From positions 141,909 through 205,908 of IMG/VR virus record IMGVR_UViG_3300046660_000219: a DNA stretch of 64,000 bases. One strand, given 5' to 3'. The notes under the pieces are model-generated. The model did not search any database. It was not told where the DNA came from and worked only from the letters and a program-made list of their open reading frames with translations. Below are positions 18,663 through 29,193 of this stretch, piece after piece (the stretch's first letter is position 1; each line of letters begins with the position of its first letter). Both the position numbers and the translations under genes were made by a program.

Positions 18663-19274
18663 TTACTCTTTCACGTCATCAGTGGATTGCGCGAAACTCG
18701 TTAACGTAGCGCCATTAGCAAGCTTATCCGCACGCCGGCGCAGGTCCGTGATCTGCCTGTTTAGATACTCCGGATCGACGGTGTTGTAATTATTAATAAT
18801 GGTCTGCATGCGATCTAGACGGTCCATACCGTAACGCAGGGCTAGATACCACAGCTTGTAAGACCAACCCATCAAAACCAACCACGCCCAAACACGCGAC
18901 GTGGTGATGACGCCGTTGGTTTTGTGGTGATGTGGATGCACACTGTAGAAGGTCACCAGAGAAAAGGTACGCATCCAATTTCGGTTGACATAGCCACGTG
19001 CCACCTTCACCCGATTAGGATGACCAACATAACCATGTGTGATCGTGAAACTGTCTTCCGCCCAGTGTCGAAAAGTGTAGCTCTCGAACGTGGCGATGCG
19101 TTGGCCAAGAAACACCGCCTGCTGGTCACTGAATGCATAGAAGCCAACAACTTCGTTGTTTTCGGTCTGGACACAGTAGTTAGGGCCGCGTAGGCGCATC
19201 ATACAGCGTTGAAACAGGCTTTGCGCCGGGTCCTTGACGATCAGGCGCTTGGGCGCATTGAGATTGAGCGGCAT
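18663..19274 (-). CDS. Hypothetical protein
   Basis: AGGAGG SD. Confidence 0.7.
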   Translation of the reverse strand: MPLNLNAPKRLIVKDPAQSLFQRCMMRLRGPNYCVQTENNEVVGFYAFSDQQAVFLGQRIATFESYTFRHWAEDSFTITHGYVGHPNRVKVARGYVNRNWMRTFSLVTFYSVHPHHHKTNGVITTSRVWAWLVLMGWSYKLWYLALRYGMDRLDRMQTIINNYNTVDPEYLNRQITDLRRRADKLANGATLTSFAQSTDDVKE

Positions 19275-19283
19275 AGCGCCCTC

Positions 19284-19562
19284 CTAATCTTTGGGTGTCA
19301 TAAAACGGTACGACAAGGCCGTACACCACGAGATGTTGCAGAACCACAGACCGAACGACCAGTGCCAGCCGTCGTAGTACATGTGTTGCGGGCCGAAGTA
19401 GCGCGACTCCTTCGGCAACCAGTTCCACCAATAGAAATAGTAGCTGTAACTGGCCATGCTCGGATACTCGGGAGGGACGAACCATCCCCACTCGACACCA
19501 TCCCACATCCAATGGATGCGCGGTTGCTTTTTAGTCTGCGTTTCAATAATACAAGGCTCCAT
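19284..19562 (-). CDS. Trp/Tyr-rich small protein
   Basis: 11 Trp in 92 aa; AAGGAACCGAGG leader. Confidence 0.55.
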   Translation of the reverse strand: MEPCIIETQTKKQPRIHWMWDGVEWGWFVPPEYPSMASYSYYFYWWNWLPKESRYFGPQHMYYDGWHWSFGLWFCNISWCTALSYRFMTPKD

Positions 19563-20133
19563 TGCCTCGGTTCCTTCTTCTTGCTCTCTAGGTTGTCAAC
19601 ACAGCCCATGGAAACATTAAGCACCATGGGCTGTTAGGATAGCCTAGTCGAAACGCTAATGCGAAGCGTCAAATAATGTCAGATAGCGCTCCACCGGGGT
19701 GTCGAGTTCCGGGGCCTTCTCGTACAGCTCACGCGGCGAATAGGCTTCTAGGCACTGGCCGTCGTTGTTGTACAGGGCAACCAAAAGTGTAGATGCACGA
19801 TCACCACGTGTTTTATACGTATTGAACTGAGCTAGACACGTGATCATCGTGCCTACAGTGATAGCTACGCTATGCGTACCGACGATAACGAGTTTACAGG
19901 CCATGTGGTTACCTTTCAGGATGTTCGCTGATGATATAGTTTTCGAAACCCTCGCCACCGTGTGCGGTGTCGTTAAGGCGCTCAAGCATGTCTTCCAGTT
20001 CTGTGTCATTCATCGCCACGGCTTGAGCGCGAATAGCGCGGCGGGTTTCCTCTTGACGCAGATCAACATATTTTTCTTCAGCGGCTTGCCGCGTCAGGTG
20101 GCGTGTGGATTTAACGCCCATTGGTTACCCTTT

Positions 20134-20445
20134 CTACGTCTGCGCGGTTTTTGTTTCGCGATACTCGGACCACGCTTCTTCTCGTATGACAGCGGCGTAC
20201 TTTAGCATACGCTTATCGAAGTTGTCCAATTCCAGCACAACCCCGTCAATCTTAAGGGGTTCGTACGGGACGCCAAGGAACGCGGCTAGATCGATAGCTT
20301 CGAACAACGAGCGTTCGGGCTTGTAGTGCATCCACGGCGTTATGGTCTCACCCTTGTCGTTGTGAATGGTAACCCAATACTCGTACTTGGTGTCGTCGGT
20401 GCGCGACGTCGTCATACGACCGATAGATACCTTTGTCGCGGCCAT
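20134..20445 (-). CDS. Hypothetical protein
   Basis: AAGGAG SD; coupled to upstream stop. Confidence 0.65.
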   Translation of the reverse strand: MAATKVSIGRMTTSRTDDTKYEYWVTIHNDKGETITPWMHYKPERSLFEAIDLAAFLGVPYEPLKIDGVVLELDNFDKRMLKYAAVIREEAWSEYRETKTAQT

Positions 20446-20852
20446 CAGACGGTCTCCTTGGTTTGAGCGTCTGTGCGTAACTCATCGTACCGTTTAAGAA
20501 TCGATGCATCACACGACGGACAGGTGGCGCTAAGCCCCATACGATCCCAATCGACGCAGCGCATACACGTGCCGACGTCTTGTTGTGCTTTGAGCCATAG
20601 CTCGCGACTAGGTTGGAGGAGAAGGGCCATCAGCTTACCTTTTCACCGTGAAGCCGCAACACGGGCAGATGTCGCAGACGTAGATTCGCGTTTGCAAGTT
20701 GGCAATGACGTTAGGGACGTCAAACAGCGACGCCCCGTCGAGTGCAGCTTGTAGCACGCCCTCATCCGTCACCGGGCTGGTGTCGTAGCGCGCTTCCAAG
20801 CGATGGCCGTCGCGTGCGCAGTTGTGTTTGCGGAAGAACATAGTTGTTACCT

Positions 20853-21059
20853 TTAAACAGGAGACCAGCGCCAGTCATTGGCTTGTTTGTCGTCTTCGGT
20901 TGGTTTGTAACGGTAGCGTTCGCCGATGTCATAAGACTCGGCGAAGATTTCCCCATCCTGGCCTTTGGTGACTTGCTTGCACAGATCGTCATCGATCCAA
21001 GCTTGCCGGGTCATCCAGTTGCCTTGACGGGCCTTGATCATGGCTTCTTCGTAAGTCAC
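20853..21059 (-). CDS. DUF2829/Tad2-like protein (candidate immune-signal sponge)
   Basis: MTYEEAMIKARQGNWMTRQAW...YKPTEDDKQANDW matches the family pattern (F/Y)xEAxxxxxxGxxxxRxxW...PxxxDxxAxDW. Confidence 0.65.
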   Translation of the reverse strand: MTYEEAMIKARQGNWMTRQAWIDDDLCKQVTKGQDGEIFAESYDIGERYRYKPTEDDKQANDWRWSPV

Positions 21060-21147
21060 GGTTGGTTCCTTTCGGAAAATGTAGAGGTTTGGATGAACCC
21101 GCGCCTAAGCACGGGCTCCGCGAAGCATCTACCCTTTCGTGTGAGGT

Positions 21148-21576
21148 TTATTTGTAGAAGCCAGTCTTGGGTTTGTGTCCTCTGGCACGACGAAGACGTC
21201 CGTCTTCATCCTCGTATTCAATATCCGCGTCATCGGACTTCATAGCGCGGATAGCTGACGACGACACATGGTCGGGGTATTCGTAATCGCTACCCTCGTC
21301 GTACAGCGGCTCCTCGTGCCGGTTGTGCGGCACGTCCGCCACCGTCGATAGCCATATGGGGCTGTGCTCGTGCACGCACGTAACCGGGGAGATACCGATC
21401 ACGTTAGCCTTGAGCCACGCTAGGGCGCGGTCTGCGTCAGGCGCATTAGTATAGACCGATGTCCAGGCGAAATTGAGGCTTTGCGCCAGCGATTGCATAG
21501 TGCTGGGATGGCCGGTATCGAAAACAGTAGCACCCTCGACGAAGGTAGCCACCATGCGGCTGTGAGCGAGATTCAT
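21148..21576 (-). CDS. Hypothetical protein
   Basis: AAAGGGTAAT leader. Confidence 0.65.
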   Translation of the reverse strand: MNLAHSRMVATFVEGATVFDTGHPSTMQSLAQSLNFAWTSVYTNAPDADRALAWLKANVIGISPVTCVHEHSPIWLSTVADVPHNRHEEPLYDEGSDYEYPDHVSSSAIRAMKSDDADIEYEDEDGRLRRARGHKPKTGFYK

Positions 21577-21940
21577 GATATTACCCTTTTCGTAGAAGCT
21601 TAGCTAGACACGCACCGGAGTGCGTGCCCGAGAAGCGCCTACAGGTTACCGGCGATGAACTTCGCCATGTCGCCGTACCAGACGGTCCAGACAACAAATG
21701 GATTTTCTGCGTAGTCGCGGTACGGCAGGTTCGGGAAGTTGGCGACGATGTGCGACAGCGAGTCACCTGTCGCGGCGACCTTAGTAACGCGATCGGCAAT
21801 ACCTACTGAACTAAGCCACGCCCGTATGTCGCTGGCTTCTGGTGTCTGGTACGTAATAGTATCCCAACGCTTTTCGTTCGAGTCGGAAGCCAGAACACCA
21901 GGTTCAAAGGTGACGATGATGGTCATGGTGTTTACCTTTC

Positions 21941-22330
21941 CTATCCGATGGTGTCGCTGCGCATCGCGTCGATCAAACCCCAGAACGACTCGTCCTGGCG
22001 AATGGCGGTGTCTTGGCCGATAGCCGCGACACAGGCCGGAGTGTGCGGCTTGCGCCAGCATGCACCAGCCACGAACGCCGTGTGTGCCCGGTTGGCGATG
22101 GCGCACATCGCGTACCATTTCTGCAACTGAGCACGATTGAGCTTCAGGTCGGAGGATTTCAGCCCTTGTTCGGTGCACAGCGCGATTTGCGCTGCGGTTT
22201 GATCGGGCCACGTCTCCCCACGCTCAGCGCGCTCGTCAGGGACGTACCCTTGGTAGTTCTGGGCGCTCACCGTGGAGGCGCTGAAGAGCGCCACGCAGGA
22301 CAGAGACACGAAGAGAAGGCGGCGGATCAT
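21941..22330 (-). CDS. Secreted/periplasmic Cys-containing protein
   Basis: Sec signal peptide MIRRLLFVSLSCVALFSASTVSA; four further Cys. Confidence 0.7.
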   Translation of the reverse strand: MIRRLLFVSLSCVALFSASTVSAQNYQGYVPDERAERGETWPDQTAAQIALCTEQGLKSSDLKLNRAQLQKWYAMCAIANRAHTAFVAGACWRKPHTPACVAAIGQDTAIRQDESFWGLIDAMRSDTIG

Positions 22331-23118
22331 GGTGTTTACCTTTTAGAAAAGATGGACTGCCACACGTGCAACACGTCGAGCGGCAGCAATGAGCGCGCCA
22401 TAAGGGCGGGTATACCATACCCCGTAGTGGCGACGAAGATGATAGCCGGTATCCACATAGCGATTACCTTTATTCGATGTCGTCGTCGGCTTCAACCAAC
22501 GTGGCGAGACACCACACGTCATCGTAATAGTAGATAACAAGCAGCGCGATGATGTGCTCGCGGCCGGGCGCGTCCTCATGGCTGACGACGTACGCCGTTT
22601 TGTTCCCGAGGTACTGATGCAGCAAGACCGTCTGCGGAGCGCCAGTTCGTGCTGCACCGACGTACAGGCTACGAGCTGTGTCGGGAAAAATAGTAAACAT
22701 GTTTCCCACAGCCAAAGGCGTACCTTTGACGTCATTAGGTTGATGACCATGCATGTCGCAGACAGCTCGGCCCCAATAAGCCGAACCATCCATGGTGGCA
22801 GAGTGAAGGTTGATAGTGGCGTAGGCCATGGTTGTTACCTTTTCAGGTGAGAGGGCGTTTAGGGCAACCCGTGGCGCGTTGTCACGAGTTGAGTAGAAAC
22901 GTCCTAGTCGGCCAGGGCGGCGTACCGGGTACGCGTGGCAAAGTCGATCACCTCGCCGTACTGCGCCGGGTCGAAGGCGATCGGCATGGGGTCTTCGTCG
23001 TCGTTGATGTCCTCCCACCGTTGCAGGTCGGCGAGGATCGTATCGACGTCTTCGATTTCGACGTGGACCGGGTTAGCATTGAAGAGAGCGAGAGCCATGT
23101 TGATGTTACCTTTTTGTG

Positions 23119-23688
23119 CTAAGCGCAACGCTTAGCGTGGTTGCGTTGGAATTCTTCCGACATGGCCTTAGCCGTCTGATAGGCGGCGACCGGGTCGTTC
23201 TCGTAGCCAGCTTGCGCTTCCTGGCGCTTCACAGCGTCGGCGTGCGAGAGCTTGTAGTAGTTCTTGTAAAACTCGACAGAGAACGCAACGCGAAACTCGT
23301 GGGCGGCGCTGTCGTACTTAGCCTTCAGACCAAGCGCGTTAATGGCCGCAATAGCGCCCTTAACGGTAGGCTTAGCTTCAGGCGGCAGTGGCGTCGCCAG
23401 ATCGGCACGAATACCCGCGAGTGTACGGCTAGCCAGGGTGACGCCGGCAACGAGGTGTTGCACGCCGTAGAAGCCGCCGAACTCGTTGAAAAGGTAACGA
23501 TTCAGCGCGTAGTGACCGCCTTGGCTGATCTGCACGAAGTATTCGCGCGAACGCCCTTGAAAATCGACGAGCTTGACGCTCACGCCCCGGTCACTGTCTT
23601 GCGTCCAGGGTTGGAACGTGCACGTCGCTTCGGTAATCCCAATATCGGCGAGAAAATTGCGAATGCGTTTGACGAACTGGTTGGACAC
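23119..23688 (-). CDS. Hypothetical protein
   Basis: AAAAGGTAATC leader, GTG start. Confidence 0.7.
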   Translation of the reverse strand: MSNQFVKRIRNFLADIGITEATCTFQPWTQDSDRGVSVKLVDFQGRSREYFVQISQGGHYALNRYLFNEFGGFYGVQHLVAGVTLASRTLAGIRADLATPLPPEAKPTVKGAIAAINALGLKAKYDSAAHEFRVAFSVEFYKNYYKLSHADAVKRQEAQAGYENDPVAAYQTAKAMSEEFQRNHAKRCA

Positions 23689-23708
23689 GATGATTACCTT
23701 TTCAGAGT

Positions 23709-23758
23709 TAACAGTTTGGACAGGTAGCGAGCGGACCCGCTACCCAACGAAACCGTTA
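23709..23758 (-). other. Conserved intergenic RNA stem-loop, copy 1
   Basis: Shared flanks and covarying upper stem with copies at 29550, 33163 and 33560. Confidence 0.65.
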
Positions 23759-24132
23759 TTATACGTCGGCTACGATAGACCCGTCCTCGGCAACTTCAAC
23801 GATCTTGATATGCGCGCCCAGGATCGTAAGCGCGATATTGACTTTTTCGATATTCATTTTCCGGGTGCACGCTTGCGCAGTGCCCGAAAATTCTCGCCAA
23901 CGGGCGTTCACTTTTTGCAGCATTTTGATGCTGATTGTAACGCGGCAATTCCGGCGCGGGTTCGGTACCTGTTCGAAAGCGAGAACGATAGACGAAACAG
24001 TTTCAGCGAAGACGACAGGGTTCCAAGTATCCAGCGGCTGGCAGGCGATACGCTTAACGGTCTTAGCCGGGGTCATGACGGTTACCTTTAACCGGTTGGT
24101 GTTGGGCGGCTGGCGAACCAACCTTGGACACC

Positions 24133-24180
24133 CTTGTAAACCCGATTCCTAACTCTGTCAACTGCTGTCGGAAAAATTGC
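24133..24180 (-). promoter_or_regulatory. Early promoter (repeat family)
   Basis: TTGACA(24161-24156)-17-TACAAG; upstream AATTTTTCCGAC. Confidence 0.8.
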
Positions 24181-24279
24181 CGATTAACACGCGCAACCCC
24201 TTACGGCACAAGGTTTAGCTCAGATACGACAAAGCCGCCCCGATTAAGGGCGGCTCGCGCAGTTACCAGCTTAGGGGCG

Positions 24280-24819
24280 TCATCGCTCACGAATAGGAGC
24301 CGCTTGCTCACGCGCCATACCGACGTGGTGCAGCTTGCGATTAAGTGGAATGCCATTACGGGTAACCACCTTCACCAGATTGAAAAACGCTGTCTCCGAC
24401 ATTGGTTGCATTAACGGTAGAATGCGCTGGCGTAGAAAATCTGTCAACACCATGTCGCCGGGAACTGCGTCCGAATACGTGTACGCACCGCACTGGTTAC
24501 TATTAAATGACGAGTGTATACGCAACTTGATCCCTTCAACCTCAAACACCTGATCAACCAAGTCCGGTAAATAAACAATAAGAGGAGTAGCGAGTGCGGT
24601 AGGACGTGGAGCAACACCGATGACCTCGGGCTCTATCCCTAGATGACGACGCACATAATCCGCACCGTTACCTTTAGCCGCTGTTATCTTCAGCTCTAGT
24701 GGGTATTCGTATGGGAATACCGGGCCGGGCATATCTGTCTTGAGTATAATGGTATCAGGACCGCCCCGATCGTGCGTGACGACGATAGCTTCGACGATGT
24801 TTAGCGTTATAGCAGGCAT
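24280..24819 (-). CDS. Hypothetical two-domain protein (paralog of 24830..25321)
   Basis: DTIILKTD...LELKI...GNGADY vs DTITLYTD...LSLKV...GKGADY. Confidence 0.7.
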   Translation of the reverse strand: MPAITLNIVEAIVVTHDRGGPDTIILKTDMPGPVFPYEYPLELKITAAKGNGADYVRRHLGIEPEVIGVAPRPTALATPLIVYLPDLVDQVFEVEGIKLRIHSSFNSNQCGAYTYSDAVPGDMVLTDFLRQRILPLMQPMSETAFFNLVKVVTRNGIPLNRKLHHVGMAREQAAPIRER

Positions 24820-24829
24820 GTTTAACCCC

Positions 24830-25321
24830 CTACGTGATCTTGCGCATGAGTGTTTGTGGCGATTGCGTCATGCCGGTGTAATCACGAAGCGATGCATAAG
24901 CGTTCTTCGGTAGTAGCGGCTTGATATAGTTGTTGAGGTAATGCCCGATTGTCATATCACGCGGTAGCGGCAACGGAGGTGATTGATAAGGGTACACACG
25001 CGCATCGTACGGATGCACGTATAGCCAAACCTTGTGCTCGGACCAGACGCGATCCATCAACTCAGCAACGGTGGTAGTGGGACCAGTCAACGCACCATCG
25101 TCGGTGACGTACTTAATGACGGTCACTTCATCGCTAAAATATAGCCGCGCGTAGTCAGCACCTTTACCGTAAGGCAAAGTCACCTTCAAACTAAGCACAT
25201 CATTTACGGTGCCACCAAATCTAGGCACATCCGTATATAGCGTAATGGTATCTTGTCCGTCGCCGTCCGGTTTACCTATCTCAACTTCCACCCGGCTGAT
25301 GTTGATAGTGTTTTTCGTCAT
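24830..25321 (-). CDS. Hypothetical two-domain protein (paralog of 24280..24819)
   Basis: AGGAG SD before MTKNT; shared motifs. Confidence 0.7.
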   Translation of the reverse strand: MTKNTINISRVEVEIGKPDGDGQDTITLYTDVPRFGGTVNDVLSLKVTLPYGKGADYARLYFSDEVTVIKYVTDDGALTGPTTTVAELMDRVWSEHKVWLYVHPYDARVYPYQSPPLPLPRDMTIGHYLNNYIKPLLPKNAYASLRDYTGMTQSPQTLMRKIT

Positions 25322-25401
25322 AGCGCTATAGCTCCTATAATTCCGAGCCGCCACTATACCACGCCGATCCTATAGGCCCAAATCGGCCGGACTCCAGGCA
25401 C

Positions 25402-25435
25402 GAAAAAGCCCCTAGAGGATCATCCTCTAGGGGCT
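25402..25435 (-). terminator. Intrinsic terminator
   Basis: AGCCCCTAGAGG/CCTCTAGGGGCT stem followed by a T run. Confidence 0.8.
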
Positions 25436-25464
25436 CGGCCGCTACCGTCTAGGGGTAGAGGTGG

Positions 25465-25641
25465 TTAGGCGGCTTCTAGGGCCGCCAGGGTGGCCTCACA
25501 GCCCTCGGCTTGGGCCTCGCGGGCGTCCGCCTCGGCGCGGGTGGCGTAGACCCCCAGGATCAGGCCCGAACGGGGGTCCGTGGCGGTGTGCAGGGTGGCG
25601 GGGGCGGTCGGGTAGGTAAAGATATCGGCTTGGTAGGTCAT
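25465..25641 (-). CDS. 58 aa GC-rich hypothetical protein
   Basis: GGAGG SD; MTYQADIF... Confidence 0.6.
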   Translation of the reverse strand: MTYQADIFTYPTAPATLHTATDPRSGLILGVYATRAEADAREAQAEGCEATLAALEAA

Positions 25642-25911
25642 GGCGGGTCCTCCGGGAGGGGGTTTCAGGTAGCGGCCGGTTGGCCTGAGACCTATATGGC
25701 ATGATTCCCTACCATATACAACGTGCCTGTAAGGAAAAGGTTGCCTAACCATAGTGTTTCTTAGGTGTGTTGCTACGATACTACACCCACTAAACGCAAA
25801 AACCCCACCGCGCCTAAGCACGATGGGGCTGCGGATACAAGCACGATAGGTCGGGTACGCTCTCCGCTTAGCTATTGCGGGCTCGCCAACGGCTCTCTTG
25901 CATCTAAACGC

Positions 25912-26739
25912 TTAGCTCACAGGAGCATCCACAGACGAGGCTGTGGTTTGACTAGCTACATGAGAGTTAGCGTCTTGGGTGGCGACCTGGCTATCCACGT
26001 GCCTATAACGGGCTATGTGGTCAGCTACGCGGGCGCAATAGGTACTGTTTACACGGGAGTTGCCTAGGCCTCGGTTGTACAGCGACACGGCGCGGCACGG
26101 ATTACCTTTAGCCAACCTATAGGCTTTCGCCAGATAGGCAGTCCCGTATTGCAGGTTCACGCTGGCGTCGAGTAGGCGCGATCGTGCGCCAGTAAAGCCA
26201 ACGGAACGGGCAGTGGACTCCTTGATTTGCATGAGACCTAACGCACTGGTTTGTGCGTGAGGGTTAAAGCCACTCTCTGTAGCGATCACGGCATAGATCA
26301 ACTCAGGTGGCAAATTGTGCGACAATGCTAACTGACGAATGGTAGCGTCATGCGCCGATACGAAGGCGAGAGGCGGACCACGTGTCAACGGTTTACCCTT
26401 TACGGGGTTAGCGGTAATGCTCGGATTGTTGATGTTATATGCGTACTGTTTTTCACTGGACTGGCGCTCCGCTGAGTGTACGCGCTTGGTGACAGCGGGC
26501 GCTTGCGTGGGCGTCGTCGTAGCCTCGTTAGTGTAGATCACGACTTCACGCGGTTTAGAAAAGGTAGTAGATGGCATAGTTACCGTGGGCGCGTTGCGCC
26601 ACAGAATGCCGATGAGCCCGCCGTCATGCATGACGTTCAGGGCTTGTAGGAGAAGGAGAGCTAAGGTCGTCGCGATTACGCCGACCAGACCTCGCGGAGC
26701 TTGTAAGGCTTGTGATTGAACATGCACTAGACTTCTCAT
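25912..26739 (-). CDS. Lytic transglycosylase (SLT domain) with N-terminal membrane anchor
   Basis: LIYAVIATESGFNP, ALGLMQI, NLQYGTAYL, YNRG; start position uncertain. Confidence 0.9.
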   Translation of the reverse strand: MRSLVHVQSQALQAPRGLVGVIATTLALLLLQALNVMHDGGLIGILWRNAPTVTMPSTTFSKPREVVIYTNEATTTPTQAPAVTKRVHSAERQSSEKQYAYNINNPSITANPVKGKPLTRGPPLAFVSAHDATIRQLALSHNLPPELIYAVIATESGFNPHAQTSALGLMQIKESTARSVGFTGARSRLLDASVNLQYGTAYLAKAYRLAKGNPCRAVSLYNRGLGNSRVNSTYCARVADHIARYRHVDSQVATQDANSHVASQTTASSVDAPVS

Positions 26740-26752
26740 TCGATTGTTGATC

Positions 26753-26792
26753 CAAAACACTAGCGGTGGCATTGACGCGCACCGCTAGTGTT
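26753..26792 (-). terminator. Intrinsic terminator
   Basis: ACACTAGCGGTG/CACCGCTAGTGT stem followed by TTT. Confidence 0.7.
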
Positions 26793-26986
26793 GGCGGCTA
26801 CAAATAGTAGCAGCACGACGCTTTAATAGTCGTCGATGGGCGGATGGTACGTCATGACGCAGTCCTTCCTTGTTTACGGTTTCAGCAAGTGTCAGAGAAA
26901 CGACAGGACGAGGTTAGTCGTCCTTGACGGGGAGACGGATCATACGAAACCTCCTCTACTGCTACAGAGTGAACTACCCTGTCAAA

Positions 26987-27613
26987 TTAGCGACGCCGCG
27001 CAATGCGCTCTAGCATGCGCGACAGAAAAGCGCGGATACCGCTTTCGCGCTTAGCCCCATACATGGCGTCGTGGTGCTCTACCAGTGACTGCATCATGAC
27101 TTTGTAAGTCTCTGCCGTGGGGTGCACACAGTCCGAACTAAGCGACGTATAAACATCTACTACCTTAACGTCGTTAGCGGCGCTGTACGGATCTACCATT
27201 TGTTCGAATGTCGGTGCAGCCGTGTCCATGTAGTGAATACGTGGCCCACGGCGACCCGGCCGATGTAGACGGCTTTGTGCTTGGAAGTTAAGATCCGGCT
27301 CGAACGTCACTGGCTCCATTTGGAAGTTCGAGATTTTTGAATAGTCTACCTTTACAGGTATGTCACTGTAGAGCTTCCCTTGAATGAGCGCCAACACATC
27401 CTTAGTGGCAGCCGCATTAACCGCTACACGCGCTGTTACAACGTCCAGACGTTGGATATCAAAGTAAGCGTAGGATTTCTTAGCCTTTCTCAACATCTCG
27501 TCGAGACGACACATTGCCTCTTGTCGCTTGGCTAGTGCGAACGTGGATGTGTTAGCCTGCCACAGCAGCAGCTTTACAAGGCTACGCACGCGTTGCGGCG
27601 CTCGCTTGGTCAT
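26987..27613 (-). CDS. Hypothetical protein
   Basis: ATGA-coupled to upstream gene. Confidence 0.7.
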   Translation of the reverse strand: MTKRAPQRVRSLVKLLLWQANTSTFALAKRQEAMCRLDEMLRKAKKSYAYFDIQRLDVVTARVAVNAAATKDVLALIQGKLYSDIPVKVDYSKISNFQMEPVTFEPDLNFQAQSRLHRPGRRGPRIHYMDTAAPTFEQMVDPYSAANDVKVVDVYTSLSSDCVHPTAETYKVMMQSLVEHHDAMYGAKRESGIRAFLSRMLERIARRR

Positions 27614-27939
27614 GGCAGGTTTCTTTCTTCATCTCGAAAAGTGTACGGAGCATTCTGATACGAATAGTCGTTCCAGAGGACGCCTTGATCATTAAGTACG
27701 TCCCAGGCGTCCTCGGACATACGCAGCCCGGTAAGACTGGTTACATTTTTGTCTTGCCAATCTCGAATAGTCTCGCCGCAACGTTTACAGCAGATACGGT
27801 GCTGGGTGACGGATTCAGCGACGTAGCAAGAAAAAGTATCACGAGATTTGCGATAACCGCGACGCACGGCAACGTGTGTCTTGTGTCCGATGCGTTCGCA
27901 CTTGAGACGTGGCGTACGCAATTCTTTCCACCAACGCAT
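27610..27939 (-). CDS. Hypothetical Cys/His protein
   Basis: CERIGH...CKRCG; AAAGGGTAACC leader. Confidence 0.65.
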   Translation of the reverse strand: MRWWKELRTPRLKCERIGHKTHVAVRRGYRKSRDTFSCYVAESVTQHRICCKRCGETIRDWQDKNVTSLTGLRMSEDAWDVLNDQGVLWNDYSYQNAPYTFRDEERNLP

Positions 27940-29193
27940 AGGTTACCCTTTCTCTTCTGGATCAAACTCCGCACGCAGCGTGTCGAATTCCGCTTGCTCC
28001 TCGTCTGTGAGACCAAACAGTGCGCCATCGTCCCGCAACGCACGAAAACGGCGCTTACGCTTAATCTGCGCAAACGCCACGTCGAAGTCGTCTTGTGTTT
28101 CTTGGGCCACTGCTAGCTCCCGTTGTCGGTTTCCATGTAGACGCTGCCAGTGTTGAGAAACACTAACACGGTGTGCGCCTTCTCTTCGTTCCGCACTCGC
28201 ACGATACGTTTGGACGCGGTGTTGTACGGCGGCTGCGTTGACGTCCGCACATAACCGATTTTCTCCAAGGCCAATATGGCGTCGTCGATCGTCTTGTAGT
28301 TCATGCGCGGCATAATCGCTACCTTTTAATACGCGTCTGTTATGATAGCAGAACGGCGGACACAGATTTTTGCACTGCCATGCCACGTGACCCAACCGCG
28401 AACAGCAACACCGCCCGCTGCCTCACAGGATAGCCTTTGCCGCATATCGGCGGCGTGAGCCTCTACACAAAAGGGTATGATAACTAGAGCAGTCACAACA
28501 CCCGTGATAGCCGCACCAAAAGCCATACGAAATTTTTTCATAGTCGTTACCTCTCGTCTATAGAACCTAAATGGTAGGAACCGGGTTGCCAGCCAAGAAC
28601 GAAAGCCATAGCAGCACCTTGTACCCAAGCGGCGGTTTCGTCGTCGTGACATTCGGTCTTGCGGACGTGTTCGCCCTCAAGAACTTGCACCTTCCACTGA
28701 CCAAAACAGCAGCTCGGGTCACAGCGGCAAGTGACCTTGCCGACTAGGACGCTACGTGCGAAAGCTTTGGCAGACATGGAGAAAGCCCCTACAGCGAGCC
28801 GGTCTGACGACGCGTTGTAGGGGTTATAAGACCCAAAGTGGGTAGGTGTCAATCGATCGAGCTTGGATTCGCCTAGTAGGCGAGTAGCGCTCGTGTAGCT
28901 TGTGCTACCTTTTCTTGCGAATTTTCGCCATGGCTTCGAAGTAGGTATTCAATTCGTTGAACGCCGCTACAGGCATAGTCTCGTTAGCCAAAGCTTCGAT
29001 AGTATCATCGATACCCGGCATATCGCGCGACAAAACAGTAGCCATTGCACCCATACTCGTTAGCGATAAACCTTCATCATCGTAGGTCATCAGGCCAAGC
29101 TCGATCAGGTTAGCGGGCATACCACCAAGCCAGAGCTTAAGAAATAATACTTCATCGCCACTCAAAGCGCGGGAAAGCGGCTGGGTCATGATA

